Positions 29,230 to 37,968 of a stretch of 64,000 nucleotides of DNA are shown here, one piece after another. The notes under the pieces were generated by a model. It was not told the DNA's origin. It was given only the letters and a program-made list of their open reading frames with translations, and made no database searches. Position numbers and translations under genes: made by a program. The stretch's first letter is position 1, and each line of letters starts with the position of its first letter. Origin of the DNA: an uncultured Candidatus Rokubacteria bacterium (GTDB lineage: Bacteria > Methylomirabilota > Methylomirabilia > Rokubacteriales > CSP1-6); NCBI GenBank assembly GCA_963771355.1, contig CAVYTA010000006.1, positions 1,472,001 through 1,536,000 on the forward strand, in the 5' to 3' direction.

Positions 29230-29832
29230 GCCTACGCTCTGACCGGACGCCTTACCGAGGGGATCGATCTGACACGGGCCACGCCCACCGCCAGCATTCG
29301 CCGGGCGGTGACGAAGCTGGATGGGGTGCACGAGCCCAAGACGGAGGGCTCGGCGCGGACGATCGATCTCCGGCCCCAGGTCGTGGCCGCTCCGCCCACC
29401 GCCAGCATTCGCCGGGCGGTGACGAAGCTGGATGGGGTGCACGAGCCCAAGATCGGAGGGCTCGGCGCGGACGATCGATCTCCGGCCCCAAGTGGTGGCC
29501 GCTCTCAAGGCCCAGCGGGCCAGCAGTCAGCTCAAAGGCGAGTACATCTTCCCAACTCGGTCGGCGGACCCCTGGACCGGGACAACCTGGCCACTCGCGT
29601 GTGGTATCCGGCGCTCGGGCGGGCCGGCCTCAAGAGCCGCAAGCCGTACCAGACCCGGCACACCTTCGCGTCCCTGGCGCTGTCGGCCGGTGAGGAGATC
29701 AGCTGGGTGGCCAAGCAGCTCGGCCACGTCAACACGGCCATGATCATCCGGCACTACTACGGCTGGATTCGGAACAACACCCGGCAGGACGGCTCGGTCT
29801 TCGACAAGGCAGCCGCTGCGGTCGGGCTATGA
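29230..29832 (+). pseudogene. Tyrosine recombinase/integrase C-terminal remnant
   Basis: PKT..RTIDL, YQTRHTFAS, VAKQLGH and terminal HY catalytic region; N-terminus missing; internal duplication and frameshifts. Confidence 0.85.
29282..29504 (+). repeat. Tandem duplication, 111-bp unit, two copies
   Basis: CGCCCACCGCCAGCATTCGCCGG...GTGGCCGCTC begins at 29282 and 29393; the second copy has one extra T. Confidence 0.9.
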
Positions 29833-29844
29833 GCCCAGCGGTGA

Positions 29845-29875
29845 CGGCAGAATTCCGGCAGAACCCACGGCAGAA
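29845..29875 (+). repeat. Three CGGCAGAA direct repeats (candidate integrase arm-type sites)
   Basis: Copies at 29845, 29856 and 29868, between the integrase stop and the tRNA. Confidence 0.6.
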
Positions 29876-29883
29876 AATCGGAA

Positions 29884-29912
29884 GGGCCTACGGGGTGTTT
29901 CCCCGTAAGCCC
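29884..29912 (-). terminator. Hairpin downstream of tRNA-Gly
   Basis: GGGC-C-TACGGGG-TGTTT-CCCCGTA-A-GCCC stem-loop. Confidence 0.6.
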
Positions 29913-29924
29913 CCGATTCGAAAT

Positions 29925-29999
29925 TGGAGCGGCCGACCGGATTCGAACCGGCGACGTCCAGCTTGGGAAGCTGGCATTCTGCCACTGAATTACGGCCGC
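29925..29999 (-). tRNA. tRNA-Gly (anticodon CCC)
   Basis: Minus strand GCGGCCG...CCAGC-TTCCCAA-GCTGG...GGTTCGAATCC...CGGCCGC-T-CCA folds as a 75-nt cloverleaf; TAGAAT -10 at 30010-30015. Confidence 0.97.
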
Positions 30000-30066
30000 G
30001 ACTGACCCAATTCTAGCGCGAGACCCTGGACTGCGCTATGGCCTATTGCGCGTCCCTCTCGCCCCC

Positions 30067-31620
30067 CTATCGCACGTCCTTGACTGCCATGTCGAAGCCC
30101 TTGATCACCTCGTCGCCCCGGGCCTTCCAGGACGTGCGCCGCGTGGCCCCGTAAAGGTCGAGCTGCTGATACAGCGGCATCGCCGCCGCGTCGTCGATCC
30201 AGAGCTTGTTGATCCGTTGATAGAGCTCGAACCGGCGCTTGGGCTCCATGATGGTCTGGGCCTGGTCGACCATGCCGTCGAAGTCGGCGTTGTGGTAGTT
30301 CGAGAGGATCTTGCCAGAGCGGAAGAGCGGCACGTACACCGTTTCCGCGTCATACGTCGGAGTGCCCCAGCCGATCAGCCACACCGGTCCCGCCTTGTGC
30401 ACGTAGGCCATGTTGTTGAGGTAGTTGCCCCACTCGTGGACCCGGAGCGTGGTGCGGATGCCCGCCTTGTTGAGCTGGCCGGTGATGGCCTCCGCCACTT
30501 CCTTGTCGCGGACGTAGCGGCCCTGGGGCGCGTTGAAGACGATCTCCAGCCCGCCGGGAAAGCCCGCCTCGGTGAGGAGCTGCTTCGACCGGGCGAGGTC
30601 GGGCTTGATGGGCTTGAGCGCGGGTTCGAAGCCGAAGTGCTTGTCGGTGAGCATGGTGGCCACGCGGATGCCCTTGCCGTCGAGCACGGTGCGGATCACC
30701 TCGTCGGCGTCCACCGCGTAGTTCATGGCCAGCCGCACCCGGCGATCGGCCACCGGCCCGGCATACGGGCCCACCAGCTTGTGTTGGGCGTCGAACTGAT
30801 GCGTGTAGTACATGAGCTGGATGGTGCGCACGCTAGGCGCGGTGGAGAGGAAGAGGCGCGGATGATTCGCGATGATGCCGGCCAGATGCGGCGGGATGTT
30901 CACCGCGACGTCCACCTCGCCGTTCTGCAGGGCGGCCACCCGCACCGCGTCGTCGGGAATGGGCTTGAAGACGAGCCGCTTGATCCGGGGCGCGCCTCGC
31001 CAGTATTGCTCGTTGGCCTCGAGCTCGATGCGGTCGTCCTTCACCCAGCGCACGAACTTGAAGGGACCCGAGCCCACCGGGTTCCGGGCCACGAAGGCGA
31101 GCTCCTTCTCCCGGTAATACTTGGGCGGCAGGATGGACGAGCCGCTGCCGGACACCAGGGTGTCGAGGATGGGCCACGGCGCCTTGGTGTGCACCCGCAC
31201 CGTGAGGGCATCCACTACCTCCACGTGGCTGATGGGCGCGAAGGGGGTGGCGCCGCGGAGCTTGAGCTTGGGATCCACCAGGCGCTCCAGGCTGAACTTC
31301 ACCGCCTCCCCGTCGAGCGGCTCGCCGTTGTGGAACTTCACGCCGGGCCGGAGCTTGAACTCCCACACCGTCGGCGACACGAGCTTGGGCAGCTCGGCGG
31401 CGAGGGCGGGCTGGATCACGAGGTTCTGGTCACGCTCGAGGAGCGTGTCGAACATGTTCCGCGCGAGGTTCGCCGCCGGCGACTCTTGATGGTTCATGGG
31501 GTCGAGCGTGGTGGGATCCACCCCCTGCGCGACTACCACGCTGCCCTGCGGCGCGGCGGACGCGCCACCGGGCCATGCGAGAGCGAGGGTGACGAGAACG
31601 GCCATCGAGATCCGGCGCAT
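30067..31620 (-). CDS. ABC transporter substrate-binding protein, family 5 (peptide/nickel)
   Basis: Signal peptide; DPTTLDP, FKLRPGVKFHNG, PVGSGPFKF and VRLAMNYAVD motifs. Confidence 0.92.
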   Translation of the reverse strand: MRRISMAVLVTLALAWPGGASAAPQGSVVVAQGVDPTTLDPMNHQESPAANLARNMFDTLLERDQNLVIQPALAAELPKLVSPTVWEFKLRPGVKFHNGEPLDGEAVKFSLERLVDPKLKLRGATPFAPISHVEVVDALTVRVHTKAPWPILDTLVSGSGSSILPPKYYREKELAFVARNPVGSGPFKFVRWVKDDRIELEANEQYWRGAPRIKRLVFKPIPDDAVRVAALQNGEVDVAVNIPPHLAGIIANHPRLFLSTAPSVRTIQLMYYTHQFDAQHKLVGPYAGPVADRRVRLAMNYAVDADEVIRTVLDGKGIRVATMLTDKHFGFEPALKPIKPDLARSKQLLTEAGFPGGLEIVFNAPQGRYVRDKEVAEAITGQLNKAGIRTTLRVHEWGNYLNNMAYVHKAGPVWLIGWGTPTYDAETVYVPLFRSGKILSNYHNADFDGMVDQAQTIMEPKRRFELYQRINKLWIDDAAAMPLYQQLDLYGATRRTSWKARGDEVIKGFDMAVKDVR

Positions 31621-31718
31621 AGATTCCTCCCCGCGGAGCGCGGCGTTGCGTGGCTGGGCCCGACGAGTGCGTGGCGCGACGTTAGTGGCGCTACTCTAGG
31701 GGGCCGTGACTATGAGTG

Positions 31719-33188
31719 TCAAGCATGGGGAGTGTCCAGCGCGGGCGGCTCGGGCCGCGTGAGCTCGGCGAGCGCCTCCTCACGGGTGGTGACGAGACCC
31801 AGGGCCTGGGCTTCGCGGGCCCGGGCGAGGAGACGGCCCACCGCCGGGCCCGGCGGGAGCCCGAACGCCGCCATCACGTCTTCTCCGCGGAGAAGCGGAG
31901 GCACCGCGGCCAGCACCTGCTCCTCGGCGGCGCCCGACATCAGGGCGCGGAGCACCTCTCCGCGCCCGTCGCTCCAGAGGTCGAGCGGGGGATCGCCGCG
32001 GAGGGCGGCGGCGTCGACGAGGGCGAGGAGCAGCAGGTCCGGCCACTCGGCGTCGAGGTCACGGAAGAAGCGATGGCGCGCGCGGCGCGTGATCTCGCCG
32101 GCCTGGGCCAGATGCATGGGTCGCAGGTGATGGCGGACCAGGCGCTCGACCACCGCGGCGGCACGGCGCGAGAGCCGCAGGCGCTCCGCCACCGCGAGTG
32201 CACGCGCGGCGCCGATGACGTCGTGGCCGATGAATCGCACGCGTCCGTCCGTCTCGGTTCGCGTCTCGGGCTTGGCCACGTCGTGGAGCAGCGCGGCGAG
32301 CTTGAGGGTGGCCCGCCGGGTGAGCCCGTCGCCGAGGTCCTCGGCCAGGTGCGCGATGAGGTCCGGAGCGAAGTCCGCGGCGGGCGCCGCCAGCACCGCG
32401 TCGGCTCCCTCCACCGTCCGGAGCGAATGCTCCCAGACGTCGAAGTGATGGGGCTCGGGCTGGGCGGTGGCACGCATCGCGCGGCTCTCCGGCAACAGCA
32501 CCGCGAGGGCGCCGAGGTCGTCGAGGAGCCGCAGCCCCTGCCCGGCCCGCGGTCCCTCCAGCATGCCCCCCAGCTCGTCGCGCACCCGTTCCGCCGCCAC
32601 GCCGGCCAGGGCGGGCGCGGCGGCGCGGGCGGCGGGCGCGACGCCGACGTCGAGCCGCCATCCCGGCCGCAGGGCGAGCCGCACCGCGCGCAGGATGCGC
32701 ACGGGATCGTCGGCGAGAGCGCCGGGCCCGCAGAGCCGGACGCGCCGCGCGGCGAGGTCGGCCTGGCCACCGGTGGGATCGGTCACCGGGGCGCGCCCGG
32801 TGGCCGCGAGGGCCCGCAGCGGCACCGCGAGCGCGTTGACGGTGAAGTCCCGCGCGCGGAGGTCAGCCTCGATGGTCGGCGCGCGGAAGTCCGCGAGGTC
32901 GATCTGCACCGGGCCCGCCAGCCGGCAGACGCCGCGCGCTTCGTCCAGGACGATATAGGCCGCGCCCAGGCGGTCGGCGAGCCGGCGCCCCCGCGCCAGC
33001 GCGCCGGCGGGCACCGCCAGGTCCAGCTCCGCCGGCGTCTCGCCCCCGAGGACGTCCCGCACCGCCCCGCCCACCAGCCAGGCGGGCGCATCGCCGGACT
33101 CGGCCTCGGAGAGGATCCCGATGACGTCGCGCAGCGCCACGGGAAGCCGGCCAAGCGCGAGCTCACCGCCCGGCGCCGTTCCGCTCAC
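31719..33188 (-). CDS. tRNA nucleotidyltransferase/poly(A) polymerase family protein with HD domain
   Basis: LVGGAVRD, ELDLAV, DLRARDFTVNALA, DPVRILRAVR, HHFDVWEHS and LLHDVAKP motifs; GTG overlaps the upstream TGA. Confidence 0.85.
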   Translation of the reverse strand: MSGTAPGGELALGRLPVALRDVIGILSEAESGDAPAWLVGGAVRDVLGGETPAELDLAVPAGALARGRRLADRLGAAYIVLDEARGVCRLAGPVQIDLADFRAPTIEADLRARDFTVNALAVPLRALAATGRAPVTDPTGGQADLAARRVRLCGPGALADDPVRILRAVRLALRPGWRLDVGVAPAARAAAPALAGVAAERVRDELGGMLEGPRAGQGLRLLDDLGALAVLLPESRAMRATAQPEPHHFDVWEHSLRTVEGADAVLAAPAADFAPDLIAHLAEDLGDGLTRRATLKLAALLHDVAKPETRTETDGRVRFIGHDVIGAARALAVAERLRLSRRAAAVVERLVRHHLRPMHLAQAGEITRRARHRFFRDLDAEWPDLLLLALVDAAALRGDPPLDLWSDGRGEVLRALMSGAAEEQVLAAVPPLLRGEDVMAAFGLPPGPAVGRLLARAREAQALGLVTTREEALAELTRPEPPALDTPHA

Positions 33189-34033
33189 CGCGCGCTCACC
33201 ACCCAGCGGCCCGGCCAGCCCGCCACCGTCTCGTCCACGCGGGCGACGCCGGACCGAGCCAGCGCCGCCACCGCGGCCTCGGCCTCCGCCGCCGGCACGC
33301 CGAGCAGCCGGGCCACCCGGAGCGGCGTGGTGTACCGCGCGCCATGCAGATACCGGGACACGAGCTCCCGCAGCGCGGTCGCCCGCGGGAGCCGCCGGCC
33401 CTCCGCCACCGCCTCCGGCAGCCAGCGCTCGACGAGATCCCACCGATATGAGAACGAGGGCTCGTAGCGCTCCTCGGTCTTGACGACCCAGAGCCCCTGC
33501 TGCAGCTCCGCGATGGCGCGCTCGAATTCCCGCGTCTTGGCCGGCTCGAGCATGAAGCACTCCGCGCGCAGGCCGCGCGTGTACTGCGGGGCCTCCCGCA
33601 CGAGGGCGTCCACCACGCGCTTCGCGGTGAGGGAGAGCCGGCCCGCCTCGTACTCGACGCGATAGTCGCGCGCCCGCTGCCGCCCGCGCACCAGCGCGTA
33701 GAAGGCCGGGAACAGGTCGAGGGCGACCAGCACCGGCCGGCCCTTGAGGAGCTTGCCGTAGTAGACGTCGCGTCGGGCGGGCAGCGTGTCCTTGAGCTCC
33801 CAGGTGAGGCCGATGGCCGCGTCGTGATGCGAGCGGCGCGGCCAGCGCGGCTTCGCCCGGCCCGCCACCGCCTCCCACAGACAAGCCAGCCCATCGGGAA
33901 ATCGGTAGAAGGTGGAGCACACGCCCACTTCCTGGACGAACGCGAGGGCCGCCCGCGCGGACCGCACGCGCCGGCCCGGCGACTGACGGAAGCAATGGCG
34001 GCGCTGCGCTTCGAGATCAGCGCCCTGCAGCAT
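33185..34033 (-). CDS. Winged-helix protein, AlkZ/YcaQ-related (tentative)
   Basis: WELKDTLP..VYYGKLLKGRPVLV and FERAIAELQ pattern of tandem winged-helix proteins. Confidence 0.55.
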   Translation of the reverse strand: MLQGADLEAQRRHCFRQSPGRRVRSARAALAFVQEVGVCSTFYRFPDGLACLWEAVAGRAKPRWPRRSHHDAAIGLTWELKDTLPARRDVYYGKLLKGRPVLVALDLFPAFYALVRGRQRARDYRVEYEAGRLSLTAKRVVDALVREAPQYTRGLRAECFMLEPAKTREFERAIAELQQGLWVVKTEERYEPSFSYRWDLVERWLPEAVAEGRRLPRATALRELVSRYLHGARYTTPLRVARLLGVPAAEAEAAVAALARSGVARVDETVAGWPGRWVVSAR

Positions 34034-34037
34034 GCCG

Positions 34038-34922
34038 CTAGACGAACTGGAGCCCTTGCTCGGTCACGCGATACTCCGCGAACTCGTCGCTCATGGCGCT
34101 GCCGCGGTGCTTGACCACGGCCAGATAGCGCGCGAGCCGCGAGCCCACCCGCTCGCTCCCCAGTACCAGGATGGTGTTCGCCACCGCGCCGATGTCGCCG
34201 CTCGCGACCTTGCGGGCCAGCAGGTGCTCGAGCTGGGTCTCCTCGGTGGTCACGAGCAGGAGCGTGGTCACCGCCCGGTGATCGTAGAGGTGGCCGTCGA
34301 TGTACTCCCGGTGCTTCCACACCGGCAGGCAGAGCTCCATCCCCAGCGTCTCGGCCTCGCGATGTATGGTCTTCCGGTACAGCTCGTCGAAGATGTAGGG
34401 CTGGATGTAGTCCGACGGCACGTCCATCGGCTCGATGCCGTCCACCACGATGCGCCGCGAGCCCGCGCCGAGATGGAAATACACGAACGGCCGCACTGTG
34501 TAGAGCGCGGCATTGTAGGCGGCCTTCCAGTTCCAGTCGAACTCGAACCCGTCCGGCGAGGGCAGCTGGTACTCACGCAGCTTGCCCGCCCAGGGAAACG
34601 CGTCGCAGTAGTAGGCGTCCAGCTCTCCCGGCGGCGGATAGGGATCCGCCATGGGCATCACGGTATGCGTCCAGCGCCTGAGCGGCCAGCCGAACAGGCG
34701 CTCGGCATACGCGTGATGCTGCTGCGAGTCGCCGCGCACGTTCATGTCGAAGAGGATGCCGGGGCGGCCGTCGGCGACACGCCCGTGGCTGGCATAGGTG
34801 AGGCCGAGGTGGGTCTTGCCGATGCCGGTGGCCCCGTAGATCACGGTGAGCGTGCCGGGGAGGAGGCCGCCCCCCAGCATGGTGTCGAGCCGCGGAAGTC
34901 CCGTAGACACGCGCGTCGTCAT
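34038..34922 (-). CDS. Single-domain RecA-superfamily ATPase (KaiC/RAD55-like)
   Basis: RVSTGLPRLDTMLGGG, GATGIGKT Walker A, RIVVDG Walker B and VVKHRGS motifs. Confidence 0.85.
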   Translation of the reverse strand: MTTRVSTGLPRLDTMLGGGLLPGTLTVIYGATGIGKTHLGLTYASHGRVADGRPGILFDMNVRGDSQQHHAYAERLFGWPLRRWTHTVMPMADPYPPPGELDAYYCDAFPWAGKLREYQLPSPDGFEFDWNWKAAYNAALYTVRPFVYFHLGAGSRRIVVDGIEPMDVPSDYIQPYIFDELYRKTIHREAETLGMELCLPVWKHREYIDGHLYDHRAVTTLLLVTTEETQLEHLLARKVASGDIGAVANTILVLGSERVGSRLARYLAVVKHRGSAMSDEFAEYRVTEQGLQFV

Positions 34923-34930
34923 AGGGCCGG

Positions 34931-35003
34931 ATTGTATCGAGCGGCCCCCCGGCGGGGCAAGCGCCCCCGAAATCTTGACTCCCCCCGGGGCAGGCCATAC
35001 TCT
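34931..35003. promoter_or_regulatory. Back-to-back sigma70 promoters
   Basis: Plus strand TTGACT(34975)-17 bp-TACTCT(34998); minus strand TTGCCC(34960)-18 bp-TACAAT(34936). Confidence 0.65.
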
Positions 35004-35009
35004 CGCGCC

Positions 35010-36914
35010 ATGCATCGCCAGCTCGTCTGGTTTCCGGACGGCTCGCCGGTCGCGGTGCTGGCCCAAGCGCTGCCCGCGGAGTTCGAGGCGCACCCCCTGT
35101 CCGAGATCGAGAGCCTGCGGCGCCGCGCCGATGATCCCGAAGTGCTCGTGGTGGACCTCGAGGCGGACTCCCCCGATGCCGTCCGCGCCGCGCTGGCGCG
35201 ACCTCGCCTCGTCCCGGTGGTGGGACTCCTGAGCGGGGTGGAGGCCCCGCGCGGCTGGCCCGCCACCCGGTACTCCTATCTGCCGAAGTCGGCCACCCCG
35301 TTCGTCCTGGCCGCCACGCTCGAGCAGGCCTTCGAGCACCTCCGCCTCACCGCGGAGGCCGATCGCACGCGGATGGAGCTGAGCGAGCTCAACGCCATCG
35401 GGGTGCGACTGTCCGCCGAGCGCGACCCCGATACCCTGCTCGGGCTCATCCTCACCAAGGCGCGCGAGATCACGCACAGCGACGCGGGATCCATCTACCT
35501 GGTGGACGAGCCGGAGGAAGGCCAGCCGCGCCTGCGGTTCAAGCTCACGCAGAACGACTTCGTCACGGTGCCCTTCACCGAGTTCACCATCCCCATCAGC
35601 GACGAGAGCGTGGCCGGGCACGTGGCCAAGTCCGGGGAGATCCTGCACCTCGAGGACGCCTACGCGCCCTCCGCGGGCGCGCCCTTCAAGATCAACCGCT
35701 CCTTCGACCAGCAGGTGGGCTACCGCACGAAGTCGATGCTGGTGGTGCCCATGCGGACGCCGGCGGGCGAGACCATCGGCGTGCTCCAGCTCATCAACTG
35801 CAAGCGCGTGGCCTCGCGCCGCTTTCCCGCCGTGGAGGCCATCGAGCGCGAGACCATTCCCTATCCCGAGCGCTTCATGAGCTTCGCGGCCTCGCTGGCC
35901 TCCCAGGCCGCGGTGGCGCTGCAGAACAGCCGCCTGCTGAAGAATATCGAGGCGCTGTTCGAGGGGTTCGTCAACGCCTCCGTCACCGCGATCGAGTCGC
36001 GCGATCCCACCACCTCCGGCCACTCGTTCCGGGTCGCCGACCTCACGGTGGCCCTGGCCACCGCCGCCGACCGCGCCGATGCCGGGCCGTTTCGCACCCT
36101 CCGGTTCACCGCCGAGCAGATGCGGGAGATCCGCTACGCCTCGCTGCTCCACGACTTCGGCAAGGTGGGCGTGCGCGAGGAGGTGCTGGTCAAGGCCAAG
36201 AAGCTCTACCCGAGCCACCTGGAGCTGATCAAGCAGCGGCTGGAGCTGATCAAGCGCGGCGTCGCCCTGCGCTTCGGCGCGCAGAAGCTCGATGCCCTTC
36301 TCCGCGAAGACCGCGCGCGGGCGGTCGGGCGTGCGGGCGCGTGGGACGCCGAGCTCGAGGTCGCGCTGGGGGAGCTGGACGAGCACTTGAAGGCCATCGT
36401 CTCCGCCAACGAGCCCTCCGTGATGGCGGAGGACGTGGCCTCGAAGATCCAGCACCTCGCGGTGGCCGCCTACCTCGACCATCTGGGCGAGCCCCACACG
36501 GTGATCACTCCCGAGGAGGCGCAGATCCTGTCCATCCCCCGCGGGAGCCTCACCGCCGAGGAGTTCAAGCAGATCCAGTCGCACGTGGTCCACACCTACC
36601 AGTTCCTCATCCAGATCCCCTGGACCAAGGAGCTGCGGGGCGTGCCGGAGATCGCGCGCTCTCATCACGAGAAGCTCGATGGCTCCGGTTATCCGAACCG
36701 CATCGGCGCCGCCGAGATTCCCGTCCAGTCGAAGATGATGACGATCTCGGACATCTTCGACGCCCTCACCGCGAGCGACCGCCCCTACAAGGCGGCGGTG
36801 CCGGTGGACCGGGCGCTGGACATCCTGGGCTTCGAGCGCAAGGCGGGCGCGGTGGACGGGGACCTCCTCGAGCTGTTCACGGCCGTCAAGCCCTGGGAGA
36901 AGCGGCCCACCTGA
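35010..36914 (+). CDS. GAF + HD-GYP cyclic dinucleotide phosphodiesterase
   Basis: GAF (DAGSIY, GYRTKSMLVVPM, GVLQLIN); TSGHSFRV, LLHDFGK, HHEKLDGSGYP and DIFDAL motifs. Confidence 0.9.
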   Translation: MHRQLVWFPDGSPVAVLAQALPAEFEAHPLSEIESLRRRADDPEVLVVDLEADSPDAVRAALARPRLVPVVGLLSGVEAPRGWPATRYSYLPKSATPFVLAATLEQAFEHLRLTAEADRTRMELSELNAIGVRLSAERDPDTLLGLILTKAREITHSDAGSIYLVDEPEEGQPRLRFKLTQNDFVTVPFTEFTIPISDESVAGHVAKSGEILHLEDAYAPSAGAPFKINRSFDQQVGYRTKSMLVVPMRTPAGETIGVLQLINCKRVASRRFPAVEAIERETIPYPERFMSFAASLASQAAVALQNSRLLKNIEALFEGFVNASVTAIESRDPTTSGHSFRVADLTVALATAADRADAGPFRTLRFTAEQMREIRYASLLHDFGKVGVREEVLVKAKKLYPSHLELIKQRLELIKRGVALRFGAQKLDALLREDRARAVGRAGAWDAELEVALGELDEHLKAIVSANEPSVMAEDVASKIQHLAVAAYLDHLGEPHTVITPEEAQILSIPRGSLTAEEFKQIQSHVVHTYQFLIQIPWTKELRGVPEIARSHHEKLDGSGYPNRIGAAEIPVQSKMMTISDIFDALTASDRPYKAAVPVDRALDILGFERKAGAVDGDLLELFTAVKPWEKRPT

Positions 36915-36947
36915 CGCGGCGCCCGCGGCCGGCGCGCGCCTCCGCCC

Positions 36948-37235
36948 TCACGCCGCCATCAGCGCCAGCAGCAGCGCCCACGTCGCCGCGCATGCCACCA
37001 GCGCCGCGCCGCCGAGCCAGGGCTCCAGCCGCGCACGCATCGCCATCTGACGAGTACGTGAAGCCGAAAAAAAAGCGCGCTGGGCCACGAGCGCGTTCCG
37101 CCGCCCGGCATAGAGCCGTCGCGTCGGCCACGCGCCCGAACCGCCCGAGGCACGCAACCCCGCGCGGAAGGGCGCGCGGGGACCGGGACGAGTCCTGCCG
37201 TATCGGCTGCCGATTCGCCTCTCGCTGATCACCAT
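36948..37235 (-). CDS. Small hypothetical protein with C-terminal TM helix, downstream of lexA
   Basis: GAGGAGG RBS; ATG 18 bp after the lexA stop; hydrophobic C-terminus WLGGAALVACAATWALLLALM. Confidence 0.5.
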   Translation of the reverse strand: MVISERRIGSRYGRTRPGPRAPFRAGLRASGGSGAWPTRRLYAGRRNALVAQRAFFSASRTRQMAMRARLEPWLGGAALVACAATWALLLALMAA

Positions 37236-37253
37236 GCTTCGCCTCCTCGACGT

Positions 37254-37886
37254 CTAGAATCCGCGAACCAGGCCCATCACCTTGCCGAGGATCCGGAAGT
37301 CCGCCCGTCCCGGCTCGACGACGATGGGCTTCATGGTCGGATGCTCGGGCTTGAGCACGACGCGCTCGCCGTCACGCGCGAAGCGCTTCACGGTGGCCTC
37401 GTCGTCCACCAGGGCGGCCACGATGTCGCCGGGCTGCGCGCCGGTCTGGGCGCGCACGAGGACGAGATCGCCATCCATGATGTGGGCGTCGATCATGCTC
37501 TCCCCGCGCACCCGCAGGGCGAACACGTCCGCGCCCTTGCGGTCCACCCACTCCGCGCTCAGCGGGATGGTGCCCTCCACGTTCTGCTCCGCGTAGATGG
37601 GGGAGCCGGCGGCGATGCGCCCCAGCACGGGCACCTCGCGCACGTTACTCCGACGGCCCGCGCCCGAGCGCTGGGTGAGCACGAGGGTACGCGACACGCG
37701 CTTGTCGGTGACCCGGCGCTGGAGCATGCCCTTGCGCTCCAGGGCGCGCAGGTGGTCGAAGGCGGCGCGCGCGGTGAAGCCGAAGCGCTCGCCGATCTCG
37801 CGCACGGTGGGCGGGGCGCTGTTGCGCTCGGTGAAGCCGCGGATGAAAGTCAGGACCTCGCGCTGCCGAGACGTCATCTCTTTCAT
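37254..37886 (-). CDS. lexA: SOS repressor LexA
   Basis: PPTVREI..HLRALERKG HTH; GRIAAG cleavage site; VRGESM Ser and ATVKR Lys. Confidence 0.95.
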   Translation of the reverse strand: MKEMTSRQREVLTFIRGFTERNSAPPTVREIGERFGFTARAAFDHLRALERKGMLQRRVTDKRVSRTLVLTQRSGAGRRSNVREVPVLGRIAAGSPIYAEQNVEGTIPLSAEWVDRKGADVFALRVRGESMIDAHIMDGDLVLVRAQTGAQPGDIVAALVDDEATVKRFARDGERVVLKPEHPTMKPIVVEPGRADFRILGKVMGLVRGF

Positions 37887-37931
37887 TCGCAGTCTCCTGA
37901 GTGGGAGGGGCTTCCGCTCAACAGGTCAGTA

Positions 37932-37950
37932 GTACACAACAGTTGAGTAC
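37932..37950. promoter_or_regulatory. Palindromic operator upstream of lexA (candidate SOS box)
   Basis: GTACACAAC-A-GTTGAGTAC, 8 of 9 bases paired; next to a minus-strand TTGACT (37955-37960). Confidence 0.55.
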
Positions 37951-37968
37951 CACAAGTCAAAAAAAATC

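Larger units (their letters stand above)
14840..29940. mobile_element. tRNA-Gly-integrated genomic island (~15 kb, integrase decayed)
   Basis: 18-bp direct repeats at both ends, tyrosine-integrase remnant next to the tRNA, short arm-like repeats and several pseudogenes. Confidence 0.8.

Noticed and set aside
34038..34922. Circadian kaiC or recA
   Set aside because: Single ATPase domain with no kaiA/kaiB nearby, and lacks RecA-specific signature motifs
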